Part shown: in pieces, positions 1-9,286 of the stretch
Layout: every line of letters starts with the position of its first letter
Position numbering within the stretch: the first letter of the stretch is position 1
Source: an uncultured Prochlorococcus sp.
Lineage (GTDB): Bacteria; Cyanobacteriota; Cyanobacteriia; PCC-6307; Cyanobiaceae
Length of the DNA: 64,000 bases
NCBI GenBank assembly: GCA_902564695.1
Contig: CACFCB010000004.1
Location: 4,630-68,629, forward strand
Reading direction: 5' to 3'
The notes under the pieces: model-generated
What the model saw: the letters and a program-made list of their open reading frames with translations, nothing else
What the model was told of the DNA's origin: nothing
Databases searched by the model: none
Translations under genes and position numbers: made by a program

Positions 1-464
1 TTCTAACTGCGATGCTTCTATCTCCAATGGCAGCAATGGCAGATGGATACCATCACCAAAGGGGATATACAACTCAACGCACTTGCTACAAGGAAATCTA
101 TAAAGAGGAATATGTTGCTGGAACTAGATCATCAAAAGGTTATGTGAAGTCCTATCTAGATAAAGTCGAAGTCCCTTGCTCTTCATTGAGTTGGAATCCA
201 CCAGTTCGCAAATATCGTCATCACCATAATCACGTTCATTATTTCCCTCACACTCATCGCAGGCATTACAAACCAAACCACCAGCAAGTATTAGTTTCTC
301 GTAGTTATCGAACCAGTGGAGGAAGTTGTAGTTCAGGTAATGCAACTACAGGAGGGTTACTTGGAGGAGGTCTTGCTGCTGCGATCTCCAAGAAAGATGC
401 TTATGCGTGGTCTATTCCTTTAGGTGCTGTTCTTGGTATGGGCATTGCTAACGCTGATTGCTAA
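1..464 (+). CDS. Secreted His-rich protein with a C-terminal glycine-zipper (2TM-like) domain; 5' end probably truncated by the window
   Basis: The frame is open from the window edge; signal-peptide-like end (LLSPMAAMA|DG); HHHNHVHYFPHTH tract; C-terminal GGLLGGGLAAAI...GAVLGMGIA glycine zipper. Confidence 0.75.
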   Translation, partial: LTAMLLSPMAAMADGYHHQRGYTTQRTCYKEIYKEEYVAGTRSSKGYVKSYLDKVEVPCSSLSWNPPVRKYRHHHNHVHYFPHTHRRHYKPNHQQVLVSRSYRTSGGSCSSGNATTGGLLGGGLAAAISKKDAYAWSIPLGAVLGMGIANADC

Positions 465-517
465 ACAGGAGTTTCTTCTCATGTTCACCTGATCTAGATT
501 TGTTAGAAATGAATTAG

Positions 518-625
518 GAGTCACAGCACCTTCTGTGGGTCGAAGTTAACCAAAGGATGGAAATTTAGTTCAGTCAGTTGAGTGCTTGACTCAAAGGGGG
601 CAACCAAAATCTTGCCCCCTTCTTT
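518..625 (+). ncRNA. Candidate structured small RNA ending in a terminator hairpin
   Basis: GAGTCAcAGCAC (518-529) pairs with GTGCTTGACTC (582-592) and encloses short internal hairpins; a GC-rich hairpin follows at 594-621. Confidence 0.35.
594..625 (+). terminator. Intrinsic terminator-like hairpin
   Basis: 10-bp stem AAGGGGGCAA / TTGCCCCCTT with an 8-nt loop, followed by CTTT. Confidence 0.6.
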
Positions 626-762
626 AATGCAAAAGGAAAAGCAGAACTCTCGCAACAAAAATCATTTCTGTAATTGGAGGGAGGGACTCAAGGTCGCTGA
701 AGCAGCAGGGTCCATTTTCTTAATGCCAAAAAAAAGAAGCAACTTGACTTACTAGACAAATA

Positions 763-778
763 TAGTACGTTTGTATTA
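763..778 (+). promoter_or_regulatory. Putative LexA (SOS) box in a promoter region
   Basis: TAGTACGTTTGTATTA is one mismatch from the cyanobacterial LexA motif AGTAC-N4-GTACT and shares GTACGT(T/C)TGTA with the recA box. TTGACT (744) and TAGACA (753) are candidate -35 elements upstream. Confidence 0.65.
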
Positions 779-799
779 GTTTAATCCCCATCACAAACG

Positions 800-835
800 C
801 AAAAGGAGGATCCAGTGAGCAGGATCCTTTTTTTG
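800..835 (+). terminator. Terminator- or attenuator-like hairpin in the leader of ORF 856
   Basis: 14-bp stem CAAAAGGAGGATCC / GGATCCTTTTTTTG with 2 G-U pairs, an 8-nt loop and a T7 run. Confidence 0.6.
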
Positions 836-855
836 TCTTCTATATGAGGAGGACT

Positions 856-1140
856 ATGGCATGGTCAAAGAAAGCAAGATTCGTATCACCTGTAGAGGTT
901 CTGGAGAACCCTGAGGAATGGGATTACTTCACTGACTTGGAACTTATGAAGTCCAGAGGTAGTTCTGTTTGCATCACATGTGATCACTTCACTTACACCT
1001 GCGATAAGTCATGCGTAACTCTTTTAACTTGTCCTCTTCATCAGCGTCTTATTCCTCAAGGCGAACATCTAACCAAGCGCTGTAGAAACTGGCAAAGAAA
1101 AAGAGTTCTTGATATTGGTCTGTGTCCTGAAGTCGCCTAA
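856..1140 (+). CDS. Small Cys-rich hypothetical protein, probably metal-binding (94 aa)
   Basis: SD GAGGAGG at 846-852 favours ATG 856 over 844; 7 Cys including CITCDHF, CDKSC, CPLH and CRNW. Confidence 0.8.
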   Translation: MAWSKKARFVSPVEVLENPEEWDYFTDLELMKSRGSSVCITCDHFTYTCDKSCVTLLTCPLHQRLIPQGEHLTKRCRNWQRKRVLDIGLCPEVA

Positions 1141-1169
1141 CAACCCACAAAATTATTTTCTAAAAACCA

Positions 1170-1403
1170 ATGAACTTAACTACTAATGCTGATCGAGTAA
1201 TGATGTTTTGCATCCTCGCCTCAATGGCAATCTTTGATGCTTTCTCAACTCTTCTTTCCATATTTAAGAAAGGAGTATTTGTTGATCAGAAATCGCTCCT
1301 GATGCAAAAGACAAATAGAGAATTAAAGGCAATGCTGGTCGGTGTAGAAAAAATATCCAAATTAAATAAGAAACAATTAGTGGATTTAATCTTGCTTAGT
1401 TAA
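1170..1403 (+). CDS. Small membrane protein with a C-terminal Rho_N/HeH-like domain
   Basis: Hydrophobic N-terminal helix; C-terminal KTNRELKAML..VEKISKLNKKQLVDLIL resembles the Rho N-terminal helix-extension-helix pattern. Confidence 0.65.
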   Translation: MNLTTNADRVMMFCILASMAIFDAFSTLLSIFKKGVFVDQKSLLMQKTNRELKAMLVGVEKISKLNKKQLVDLILLS

Positions 1404-1426
1404 TAGTTAATCGCTGCATATAAATT

Positions 1427-1642
1427 TCCCCCATAAAAATATCTGGGATCTATTAGGGGGCAATGACTCTCATCCCCCACAAAAATGGTGAGAGGATATG
1501 AGACACTATGAATACTCCTGAGATGTCATTTCCTCTTAGATCCTGGTATTGCAATGCTTTTGGGATCTATAAACTTCCTGAAAATCTCTGAAACAGAAAA
1601 AATGGGACGTTATGAAACTTCCTGAGACCCTCTGAACCAAAT
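1427..1642. repeat. Cluster of short direct repeats next to the tRNA 3' end (possible att-arm region)
   Basis: TGA(A/G) units at 1489/1499/1509/1519, 1579/1589 and 1613/1623/1633; AAACTTCCTGA twice; TGGGATCTAT twice; TCCCCCA(T/C)AAAAAT twice. Confidence 0.6.
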
Positions 1643-1648
1643 AAAGAA

Positions 1649-1737
1649 CGGAGAGGGAGGGATTCGAACCCTCGACAGAAGTTACCTCCTGTAACTCCTT
1701 AGCAGGGAGCCGCTTTCAACCACTCAGCCACCTCTCC
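1649..1737 (-). tRNA. trnS: tRNA-Ser(GCT)
   Basis: Reverse complement GGAGAGGTGGCTGAGTGG...CTCCCTGCTAAGGAG...long variable arm...GGTTCGAATCCCTCCCTCTCCG. Confidence 0.97.
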
Positions 1738-1797
1738 ATATCTAATACAATATCAATTCAAAGCACCAAAAAATTGGATTGTGATCCTCTAAAGATG

Positions 1798-2997
1798 TTA
1801 AGTCACTACTCTAGGGAGTCGATTCCTAAAACCACAAAGAACTTCCCATGGAATTGAGCCGGATAAATCGCTCCACATATGGGGTGAAATGCTCATTTCA
1901 CCATCATTGCCAAGAAGAGTTACGACTTGACCGATTTTAATATCTGGTTTTTCAGTTATATCAAAAACCATTTGATCCATTGCAATTGCCCCGACTTGAG
2001 GAACTAAAGCTCCATCTATTAATGCTGATATCTTTCCAGAAAGAGCTCTGTTTACTCCATCTGCATATCCAATAGCAACCACGGCAAGCTTGCTTTTTCG
2101 TTGAGTTTTAAATAAATGACCATATCCCACTCCTATGCCTTTCTTGACATTCCTAATCAAAGTAACTCTAGCTTTAACCTTTAAAGCAGGCTTGAGATTT
2201 AAATTCGATTCGAAATCATTTGCTGGGTAATAACCATACAAACTAAGACCAACCCTAACCATATCAAAATGAAGACGACTATCTGAAAGGGTCCCTGCAG
2301 AGTTAGCCAGGTGTTTGCAAAGAAACTCTTTTCTTGCACCTAAATTATTTAAAGCTTTTTGAAATTTATTGAACTGAATATTAGTGTAACTGTGACCGAT
2401 CTTTTTTCCATGATCTAAATCTGCAATTGCTAAATGGCTATAAATACCTTTTAAAGATATATTTTCTAAATAATCAATTTTAGAAACCAATTCTTTTACT
2501 TCATCACAATTACAGCCAAGTCTTGTCATACCTGTATCAACTTTTAAATGAATAACATATTTTTTATTATTATTTTCAGCGATATTATTACAAATAATTG
2601 CCTCACGAATACCACTAATAGTAGGAATAAGGTCCCAATAAAAAGCTGAATAAAGTTCTTCAGAATTTATTAGATTTCCAAGAATTAATATCTGACAATC
2701 AAAGTTATTCTTTCTTAATTCAATCCCCTCTTCTAAAGTCGCAACACCAAGGCTATCTGCACCTCCCAATAAAGCAGCCCTTGCGACAGTCTCTGCACCA
2801 TGTCCATATCCATCAGCTTTTACAACTGCCATTAGCGAACAATGTTCACCAACGAAATTTTTTAGAACCAAAGAATTATTCTCAATAGCTTTCGAATCGA
2901 CCTCAACCCATGCACGATTACAAGGATCTGGATTAATTACACTTTTTGTTGTTTCACCAAAAGTGAAAAATGCTTCACCTTTAAAGATGTTTGACAT
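1798..2997 (-). CDS. alr: Alanine racemase
   Basis: AVVKADGYGHG PLP-lysine motif, HLKVDTGMTRLG and GYADG; start placed at MSNIFK (2997), approximate. Confidence 0.95.
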   Translation of the reverse strand: MSNIFKGEAFFTFGETTKSVINPDPCNRAWVEVDSKAIENNSLVLKNFVGEHCSLMAVVKADGYGHGAETVARAALLGGADSLGVATLEEGIELRKNNFDCQILILGNLINSEELYSAFYWDLIPTISGIREAIICNNIAENNNKKYVIHLKVDTGMTRLGCNCDEVKELVSKIDYLENISLKGIYSHLAIADLDHGKKIGHSYTNIQFNKFQKALNNLGARKEFLCKHLANSAGTLSDSRLHFDMVRVGLSLYGYYPANDFESNLNLKPALKVKARVTLIRNVKKGIGVGYGHLFKTQRKSKLAVVAIGYADGVNRALSGKISALIDGALVPQVGAIAMDQMVFDITEKPDIKIGQVVTLLGNDGEMSISPHMWSDLSGSIPWEVLCGFRNRLPRVVT

Positions 2998-3079
2998 GCT
3001 CTTCATGCAATCAATGTAATGAAAGAAACTGCAATAAGGTTGTAATACCACTAGCATGCCGCTTAACTAGCAGCAATGC

Positions 3080-3586
3080 ATGGGTCAGGTCCTTGTTTTG
3101 AATGCGTCCTATGAGCCATTGAACATCACTTCATGGCGTCGCGCGACTGTTTTAATGCTTAAAGGGAAAGCTGAAAGTCTAGAAGAAGATCCTCAACACA
3201 ATATTAGAAATGATGTTAAAGCCCCTACTGTCATTAGGTTAAGACAATTTATTAGAGTTCCATATCGTGATATTCCTCTCAGCAGGAAAAACATCTTTCA
3301 AAGAGATTCTAACTGTTGCCAATATTGTGGGCAGAAAAATAAAAAACTTTCAATCGATCATGTTTTGCCTCGTAGCAGAGGTGGAACTGACAATTGGGAA
3401 AATGTTATTACCGCCTGTCTTCAATGCAACGTAATGAAAGGGAATAGAACACCTGAAGAAGCCAAAATGCCTCTAAAAACAAAACCATATAAGCCTTTAA
3501 ATAATATGAGTTTCGAAACTACAAAACAAATTCACTCTGGTCGCCATAAAGAATGGAGTAAATATGTAATTGGATGGGTCACTTAG
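3080..3586 (+). CDS. HNH endonuclease family protein (McrA-like)
   Basis: VLVLNASYEPL N-terminus, CQYCG, SIDHVLPRSRGG..WENVITACLQCN..KGN. Confidence 0.9.
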   Translation: MGQVLVLNASYEPLNITSWRRATVLMLKGKAESLEEDPQHNIRNDVKAPTVIRLRQFIRVPYRDIPLSRKNIFQRDSNCCQYCGQKNKKLSIDHVLPRSRGGTDNWENVITACLQCNVMKGNRTPEEAKMPLKTKPYKPLNNMSFETTKQIHSGRHKEWSKYVIGWVT

Positions 3587-3589
3587 TGT

Positions 3590-4690
3590 TTATTTTTCTT
3601 CAGTGTGATTACTCAATTCTTCCATCTGCCTTTTTTGTTCTTCTGCAATACACGCACCAATAACATCTTCCAATTGACCTGCTAAGACTTGCTCGAGGGG
3701 AAAATTAATTCCCAATCGATGATCAGTTGTTCGATTATCTTTGTAGTTATAAGTGCGTATTTTTTCACTTCGATCACCAGTACCAACCTGAGACAAGCGA
3801 GCAGATCTTTCTTTAGCATTAGCCTCTGCGATTTCTAATTCCAATAATTTAGCTCTTAAAATTTCCATTGCTCTCTCTCTATTTTGCAATTGGGAACGTT
3901 CCTGTGTACAAAAAACTCTTATGCCAGAGGGCTTATGAAACAAATCTATAGCTGTTTCTACTTTATTGACATTTTGCCCACCCGCACCACCTGATCTGGC
4001 TGTACTGATTTCCAAATCAGTAGATTCAATTTTTACCTCAACTGGATCAGCTTCAGGCATAACTGCAACTGTTGCTGTAGAAGTATGAACTCGTCCTTGA
4101 GATTCAGTTGAAGGAACTCTCTGAACTCTATGAACACCTGCCTCAAATTTTAATTGGCTATAAACAGATTCACCTTTAACTGAAATAATTAATTCCCGAA
4201 AGCCTCCTACATCAGCCTCAGTTGAACTTATTGGTTTTACATTCCATCCTAACTTTTGTCCATATCTTTCATACATCCGTGCTAAGTCGCCAGCCCATAA
4301 ACAAGCTTCGCTCCCGCCTGCGCCTGCTCTTATCTCAAGCATCACGCTCCTTTCATCTCTTGGATCTTTTGGTAAAAGCGCCAGAGTCAATTTTTGAATT
4401 AATTCATTTTTGGTAAGCTCGAGAGTTTGAAGCTCCTCTCTCGCTAAGAGTTCCATTTCTTTGTCATCCCTGCTCTCTTTAACTAAATCCTTAGCTTCTA
4501 AACATTCTTTCTCTATAATTTGAAGTTTCAGATAATCATTTACCAGAGGCTCTAGGCGCGACCTCTCTCTAGAAATAGTTTCTAATTGTTTAGGATCTGA
4601 AGCAACATCAGGATCAGCTAGTTGAAACTCCAGATTTTGAAAACTACTTTTAGCTGTTTCTAGTCTTTTAATTAGGGTTGAAGAATCCAT
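3590..4690 (-). CDS. prfA: Peptide chain release factor 1
   Basis: GGQ motif, VQRVPSTE (PxT) and KIRTYN. Confidence 0.97.
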   Translation of the reverse strand: MDSSTLIKRLETAKSSFQNLEFQLADPDVASDPKQLETISRERSRLEPLVNDYLKLQIIEKECLEAKDLVKESRDDKEMELLAREELQTLELTKNELIQKLTLALLPKDPRDERSVMLEIRAGAGGSEACLWAGDLARMYERYGQKLGWNVKPISSTEADVGGFRELIISVKGESVYSQLKFEAGVHRVQRVPSTESQGRVHTSTATVAVMPEADPVEVKIESTDLEISTARSGGAGGQNVNKVETAIDLFHKPSGIRVFCTQERSQLQNRERAMEILRAKLLELEIAEANAKERSARLSQVGTGDRSEKIRTYNYKDNRTTDHRLGINFPLEQVLAGQLEDVIGACIAEEQKRQMEELSNHTEEK

Positions 4691-4726
4691 TCTTTTTATT
4701 CCCTAAAACGTCAATATCAAACCCTA

Positions 4727-4987
4727 TCAAGTGTCTTTTTTTTCTTCTGATGACTTACCTTTCTTTTCGCTCGTATCCGATGAAGCCATACCATATTTAC
4801 GCATAAATCTATCTACTCTTCCCTCTGTATCTAAAATCTTCTGTGTTCCAGTAAAGAAAGGATGATTTCCACTCCAAACATCAACCTGTATTTCTGGTTT
4901 TGTTGATCCAGTAGTCATCACAACTTCACCATTACAAATAACTTTTGCTTCTGGATACCAAGTTGGATGTATATCTGATTTAGGCAT
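4727..4987 (-). CDS. rpmE: 50S ribosomal protein L31
   Basis: IHP..Y...DVWSGNHPFFTG..GRVDRF. Confidence 0.97.
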   Translation of the reverse strand: MPKSDIHPTWYPEAKVICNGEVVMTTGSTKPEIQVDVWSGNHPFFTGTQKILDTEGRVDRFMRKYGMASSDTSEKKGKSSEEKKDT

Positions 4988-5017
4988 TTTAAAAAATAAT
5001 GAAGGTAAATAGTAAAG

Positions 5018-5425
5018 CTATCTCTTTGAAAATTGAGGAGCTTTCCGAGCTTTTTTTAGACCATATTTACGTCTTTCTTTAGCTCTTGGATCTCGACTGA
5101 GGTGCCCCTCAATTTTGAGAGGTTTACGATTATCAAGTGATAAATCACAAAGAGCTCTAGCAGCACCTTGTTTTATAGCATCAGATTGTCCGGTCAAACC
5201 ACCACCATATACATTTACTAAAACATCGTATGAATCACTCAAACCTAAAGTTGTTAAAGGAGCTTTTACAGCAGCAATATAAGCTGGGTTAAAATTTAAA
5301 TAATGATCCCCAGGTCGACCATTAATAACTATTTCTCCTTTCCCAGGAGTTAATCTTACTCTTGCTACTGATGTTTTTCGTCTACCTGTTCCCCAGTAAA
5401 CTACTTTATTTGTGGAGCTAGTCAT
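5018..5425 (-). CDS. rpsI: 30S ribosomal protein S9
   Basis: [12 protein letters not shown]; C-terminal [11 protein letters not shown]. Confidence 0.98.
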   Translation of the reverse strand: MTSSTNKVVYWGTGRRKTSVARVRLTPGKGEIVINGRPGDHYLNFNPAYIAAVKAPLTTLGLSDSYDVLVNVYGGGLTGQSDAIKQGAARALCDLSLDNRKPLKIEGHLSRDPRAKERRKYGLKKARKAPQFSKR

Positions 5426-5874
5426 TTCGAAACAGATTGAGAATTTAGATGGAGTATTTTGGGTTCTTGAGCTGCATGTGGATGATCAGAACCTTTATAA
5501 ACTTTAAGTTTATTGAATAATTGCCTACCTAATCTGGTGTGAGGAAGCATTCCCTTTATTGCTTTTTCAACTATTCTCTCAGGAATTCTTGATTGAAGAG
5601 ACTTAAAGGTTTCAACTTTCATGCCTCCGGGACGTCCAGAATGCCTACGATAAAGTTTTTGATCTGATTTTTTACCGGATACTTTAATTTTTTCTGCATT
5701 TACAACAATCACAAAATCACCAGTATCTAAATGAGGGGTGAAATTTGGCTTAGTCTTGCCTCGAAGTACACTAGCGACCTCAGTGGCTAATCTACCAAGA
5801 GTCTGATTTTCGGCATCAACCAAAAACCATTTGCGATCAATTGAATCCGGAGATGGAACGGATGTTTTGTTCAT
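5422..5874 (-). CDS. rplM: 50S ribosomal protein L13
   Basis: [27 protein letters not shown]. Confidence 0.98.
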   Translation of the reverse strand: MNKTSVPSPDSIDRKWFLVDAENQTLGRLATEVASVLRGKTKPNFTPHLDTGDFVIVVNAEKIKVSGKKSDQKLYRRHSGRPGGMKVETFKSLQSRIPERIVEKAIKGMLPHTRLGRQLFNKLKVYKGSDHPHAAQEPKILHLNSQSVSK

Positions 5875-6061
5875 TTTATCTGAACACCTTTAACACTGAA
5901 TAAACACTACCGTTTTAATAGTGCTGTTTTAGAAGTTATCAAGTCAAAAAATGATCTGATTCTTCAGAAATTGAATTCTACACTTTGATGGCATAAAACT
6001 GAACTTTTTGTACTCATAAAATTTAAATTACTGATTTTTGAAAAAACCAAATTTAACATTA

Positions 6062-6904
6062 TTAATTTTCTAGGTAACTAGATTCTTCTGGAGAATCTAA
6101 AATTGGGAGTGAAAAGCTAGGCAAAGTATCAAAGCTCTTCTTTTGTGAAAAGATTTTATCCTTATAACCTACCCTCACTAAACAAAGGCCATGAGGAGGA
6201 GCAGCTTCCTTTACCTCAGAGCGCAAACCCCCTCTCCATCTATCTTTAAATTCTTTAAGAGTAAGTCGTTTTTCCCCTACAGCAACCAATTGGCCCATCA
6301 AAAGTCTAACCATTCCATATAAAAAGCCACTTGCTTGAATATCAATTGACAAAATATCCCCATTCCTAGAAATAGAAACTTCTTGAACAGTTGTTAATGA
6401 ATTAATCCTATTACTTCCTGCTTTTTGAAAGGCTGCAAAATCATGCATCCCAAGCAAATCATTCAAAGCATGCATCATTAAATTATCATCCAATTTAACT
6501 CTGTACTTATGCCAACAAATATTTTGGAGGAAAAGATTTGGATGGCAGCCATTAAAAATAGAATATCTATACCTTCTATAAGTAGCCGAATAGCAAGCAT
6601 GCCAATCTTCGGGCACACGGATAGCCTCAAGAACCCTTATTGAACGCGGTAGACGCCCATTCAAGGCGGAAGCCCATTTAGTGACAGGTATTGGACTAGA
6701 GGAATCAAAATGAACTACTTGACCAGATGCATGAACCCCTGAATCGGTTCTACCCGCTGCTATTGCTTTTACTTGACCTGATTGAACAAGTTCTGAAATT
6801 TTTTCTTCTAATGTTCCTTGAACAGTTATTAAATTTTGTTGATTTTGCCAACCGCTAAATGGAGATCCATCATATTGAATAACAAGTGCAATTCTCTTGA
6901 TCAA
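6062..6904 (-). CDS. truA: tRNA pseudouridine(38-40) synthase
   Basis: [29 protein letters not shown]. Confidence 0.96.
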   Translation of the reverse strand: MIKRIALVIQYDGSPFSGWQNQQNLITVQGTLEEKISELVQSGQVKAIAAGRTDSGVHASGQVVHFDSSSPIPVTKWASALNGRLPRSIRVLEAIRVPEDWHACYSATYRRYRYSIFNGCHPNLFLQNICWHKYRVKLDDNLMMHALNDLLGMHDFAAFQKAGSNRINSLTTVQEVSISRNGDILSIDIQASGFLYGMVRLLMGQLVAVGEKRLTLKEFKDRWRGGLRSEVKEAAPPHGLCLVRVGYKDKIFSQKKSFDTLPSFSLPILDSPEESSYLEN

Positions 6905-6969
6905 ATCAAAAAATAAATTGGTAACTCAAGTCAGTGAGATTAACTAAATATTAGTTAGTAATTTTTAAC

Positions 6970-7320
6970 TTAAACAAGCTCTACAATGGCCATTTCCGAA
7001 TTATCACCACGACGTGGAGTGGTTCTCACAATCCTTGTATAACCTCCCTGACGATCTCCATATCTCTCTTGAGCCTTTTCAAAAAGAGCATGAACTAATT
7101 GCTTATCGTATACGTAACCAATAGCTCTTCGTCTTGATGAAAGGCTGCCATCTTTAGCAAGAGTAATCATTCTCTCTGTTTCATCCCTCAAAGCTTTTGC
7201 TCTAGCTTTTGTTGTAGTAACTCGACCTTCGCGAATCAATTGAGTAGTTAATCCTCTAAGCAAAGCCTTTCTTTGGTCAGCAGGACGACTTAATTGTGGG
7301 ATTCTACGTTGATGACGCAT
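6970..7320 (-). CDS. rplQ: 50S ribosomal protein L17
   Basis: [22 protein letters not shown]. Confidence 0.98.
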   Translation of the reverse strand: MRHQRRIPQLSRPADQRKALLRGLTTQLIREGRVTTTKARAKALRDETERMITLAKDGSLSSRRRAIGYVYDKQLVHALFEKAQERYGDRQGGYTRIVRTTPRRGDNSEMAIVELV

Positions 7321-7359
7321 TGGATTAACTGAGAAATGTAGTAAAGGTAAAACCGAAAG

Positions 7360-8298
7360 TCATGCAGAAGTTCTACTTTGCGGGATAGAAATTCCTATTC
7401 TCTCTAGAGCCTCAATAACTTCATCAGCAGATTTAGAACCGAAGTTCTTAATTTCTAACAAATCCTCATAACTAAAACCCATCAAGTCAGAAACTGAGTT
7501 CACCTGGGCTCGTTTTAGGCAATTGTAAGCTCGTACGGATAAGTTTAACTCTTCAAGGGGGATTTGTGCCTCTGCAGCTGGCTCAGGTTCCTCGGGGGTT
7601 TCCTCAACCATTGAAACAGTAGCAAGAGGTTGAAAAAGTTCGATTAATTGATTCGCAGCCTCTGCCAAAGCATCATCAGGAGAGGTTGATCCATCAGTTA
7701 CCAGTTCCATTTTCAATCTTTCTCTAGTTGAACCTCCTTCAGCTACTGCAGTTTCATCAATAGTAAAATTAACCTTAGTTATAGGCATAAATACTGCATC
7801 TATTTGAAGTAGATCAATTGCGCTTGTCTCTTCGTTTCTTCGGTCAACTGGACGATATCCAATGCCTCTCTCTACATGCAATTCCAGCTCAAGGTTATGG
7901 CCCTCATGAACTGTTGCTATTGGACGGTCCCCATCTACTACTTCAACTTGAGATGAAAATTGAATATCCTTTGCTTTTACTTCTGCTGGACCTGTAACAA
8001 CAAGTCTTCCTATCTCAAGTTCTTGACTGCGGCTATCAACAGAAATTTGCTTGCAATTCAAAAGAATATCTAAAACATCTTCTCTAACACCAGGGATGGT
8101 TGCATATTCATGATTAATACCTGCAATCCTGACAGCAGTCACCGCACTGCCTTCAAGACCGCCCATTAATACTCGGCGAAGTGAATTACCTAAAGTTGTT
8201 GCTTGACCTCTTTCTAGAGGTCCAATTAGGAAGACACCTGTTTGGGAACGATCCTTAGAAACTTGATGGTCGATCCTGTCGATCTGGTATTGCAACAC
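7360..8298 (-). CDS. rpoA: RNA polymerase alpha subunit
   Basis: [30 protein letters not shown]; GTG start. Confidence 0.98.
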   Translation of the reverse strand: MLQYQIDRIDHQVSKDRSQTGVFLIGPLERGQATTLGNSLRRVLMGGLEGSAVTAVRIAGINHEYATIPGVREDVLDILLNCKQISVDSRSQELEIGRLVVTGPAEVKAKDIQFSSQVEVVDGDRPIATVHEGHNLELELHVERGIGYRPVDRRNEETSAIDLLQIDAVFMPITKVNFTIDETAVAEGGSTRERLKMELVTDGSTSPDDALAEAANQLIELFQPLATVSMVEETPEEPEPAAEAQIPLEELNLSVRAYNCLKRAQVNSVSDLMGFSYEDLLEIKNFGSKSADEVIEALERIGISIPQSRTSA

Positions 8299-8351
8299 GG
8301 TCTAATACGAGGTGGAAAGAAAAGAAAATTTCACATTAAGTGAATAGATTT

Positions 8352-8744
8352 TTAAACGCGTCTGCGCTTAGGCCTCCTACAACCGTTATGAGGAAGAGGA
8401 GTGACATCTCTGATCAAAGTAATTTCAAGTCCAGCTACTTGCAATGCTCGTATTGCGGTTTCACGACCAGAGCCAGGTCCTCTCACGAGAACCTCTATTT
8501 GACGCATTCCTTGCTCTAGGGCTCTGCGGGCTGCAGCTTCAGCAGCAGTTTGAGCAGCAAAAGGAGTACCTTTTCGAGCTCCTTTGAATCCGCTTGCACC
8601 TGCTGATGACCATGAAATAACTTCACCAGATGTGTCAGTAATTGAAACGATGGTGTTATTGAAGGTACTTTGAATATGCACAACTCCATTTGGGACGTTG
8701 CGCTTTGACTTCTTAGAACCAGTTTTCTTTGAGGTTGTAGCCAT
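8352..8744 (-). CDS. rpsK: 30S ribosomal protein S11
   Basis: [23 protein letters not shown]. Confidence 0.98.
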   Translation of the reverse strand: MATTSKKTGSKKSKRNVPNGVVHIQSTFNNTIVSITDTSGEVISWSSAGASGFKGARKGTPFAAQTAAEAAARRALEQGMRQIEVLVRGPGSGRETAIRALQVAGLEITLIRDVTPLPHNGCRRPKRRRV

Positions 8745-8807
8745 ATGGCTGTGCCTTATTTAAAAAGATTTAGAAATTTACCAAGTGGTAACAGGAGTCT
8801 TAAGAAA

Positions 8808-9173
8808 TTATTTCTTTCTTCCTGCGACAGTTTTTCTCGCTCCTCTGCGAGTGCGAGCATTTGTTCGTGTTCGTTGTCCACGAACAGGGAGACTCATTCT
8901 ATGCCTACGACCACGGACACATCCAATATCCTGAAGTCGTTTAAGGGCCATTCCTTCTTGGCGCCTCAGATCTCCTTCAAGAGTAAAATCTTCAGTAGCA
9001 GCTCTAAGCTTCTGAACATCGCTATCTTCTAGATCCTTTACTCGAATATCAGGGTTGACACCTGATTTTTCAAGGATATTTTGGGCTCTAGTCAAGCCAA
9101 TACCATAGATGTATGTAAGGGCAATCTCGACCCGCTTTTCGCGAGGTATATCGATGCCTGCAATCCGTGCCAC
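8808..9173 (-). CDS. rpsM: 30S ribosomal protein S13
   Basis: [24 protein letters not shown]. Confidence 0.98.
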   Translation of the reverse strand: MARIAGIDIPREKRVEIALTYIYGIGLTRAQNILEKSGVNPDIRVKDLEDSDVQKLRAATEDFTLEGDLRRQEGMALKRLQDIGCVRGRRHRMSLPVRGQRTRTNARTRRGARKTVAGRKK

Positions 9174-9286
9174 TTAGGAATAAATCGAAGAGGACAATGA
9201 AGTCATCATAATAAAAGGATGACTTTTATTTAAGAAGAATCCAAAAAGGAAATTAATCACTTAAGGCTTCTAAGGACAGTCAGGTG

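Larger units (their letters stand above)
1..1648. mobile_element. Probable right end of a tRNA-Ser(GCT)-anchored genomic island or integrative-element remnant, continuing beyond the window start
   Basis: Only small hypothetical ORFs and repeat-rich non-coding DNA lie next to the tRNA-Ser 3' end; core genes start on the other side. No integrase is visible in the window. Confidence 0.6.

Noticed and set aside
124-345. 73-aa minus-strand ORF
   Set aside because: Antisense shadow of the glycine-zipper gene with no motif.
1480-1642. Repeats considered as a CRISPR array
   Set aside because: Units are about 10 bp and degenerate, with no unique spacers and no cas genes.
3080-3586. HNH nuclease near the island as a possible homing, defence or mobile gene
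   Set aside because: It lies on the core side of the tRNA between alr and prfA, and belongs to a widespread housekeeping-like HNH family. There are no flanking repeats or partner genes.
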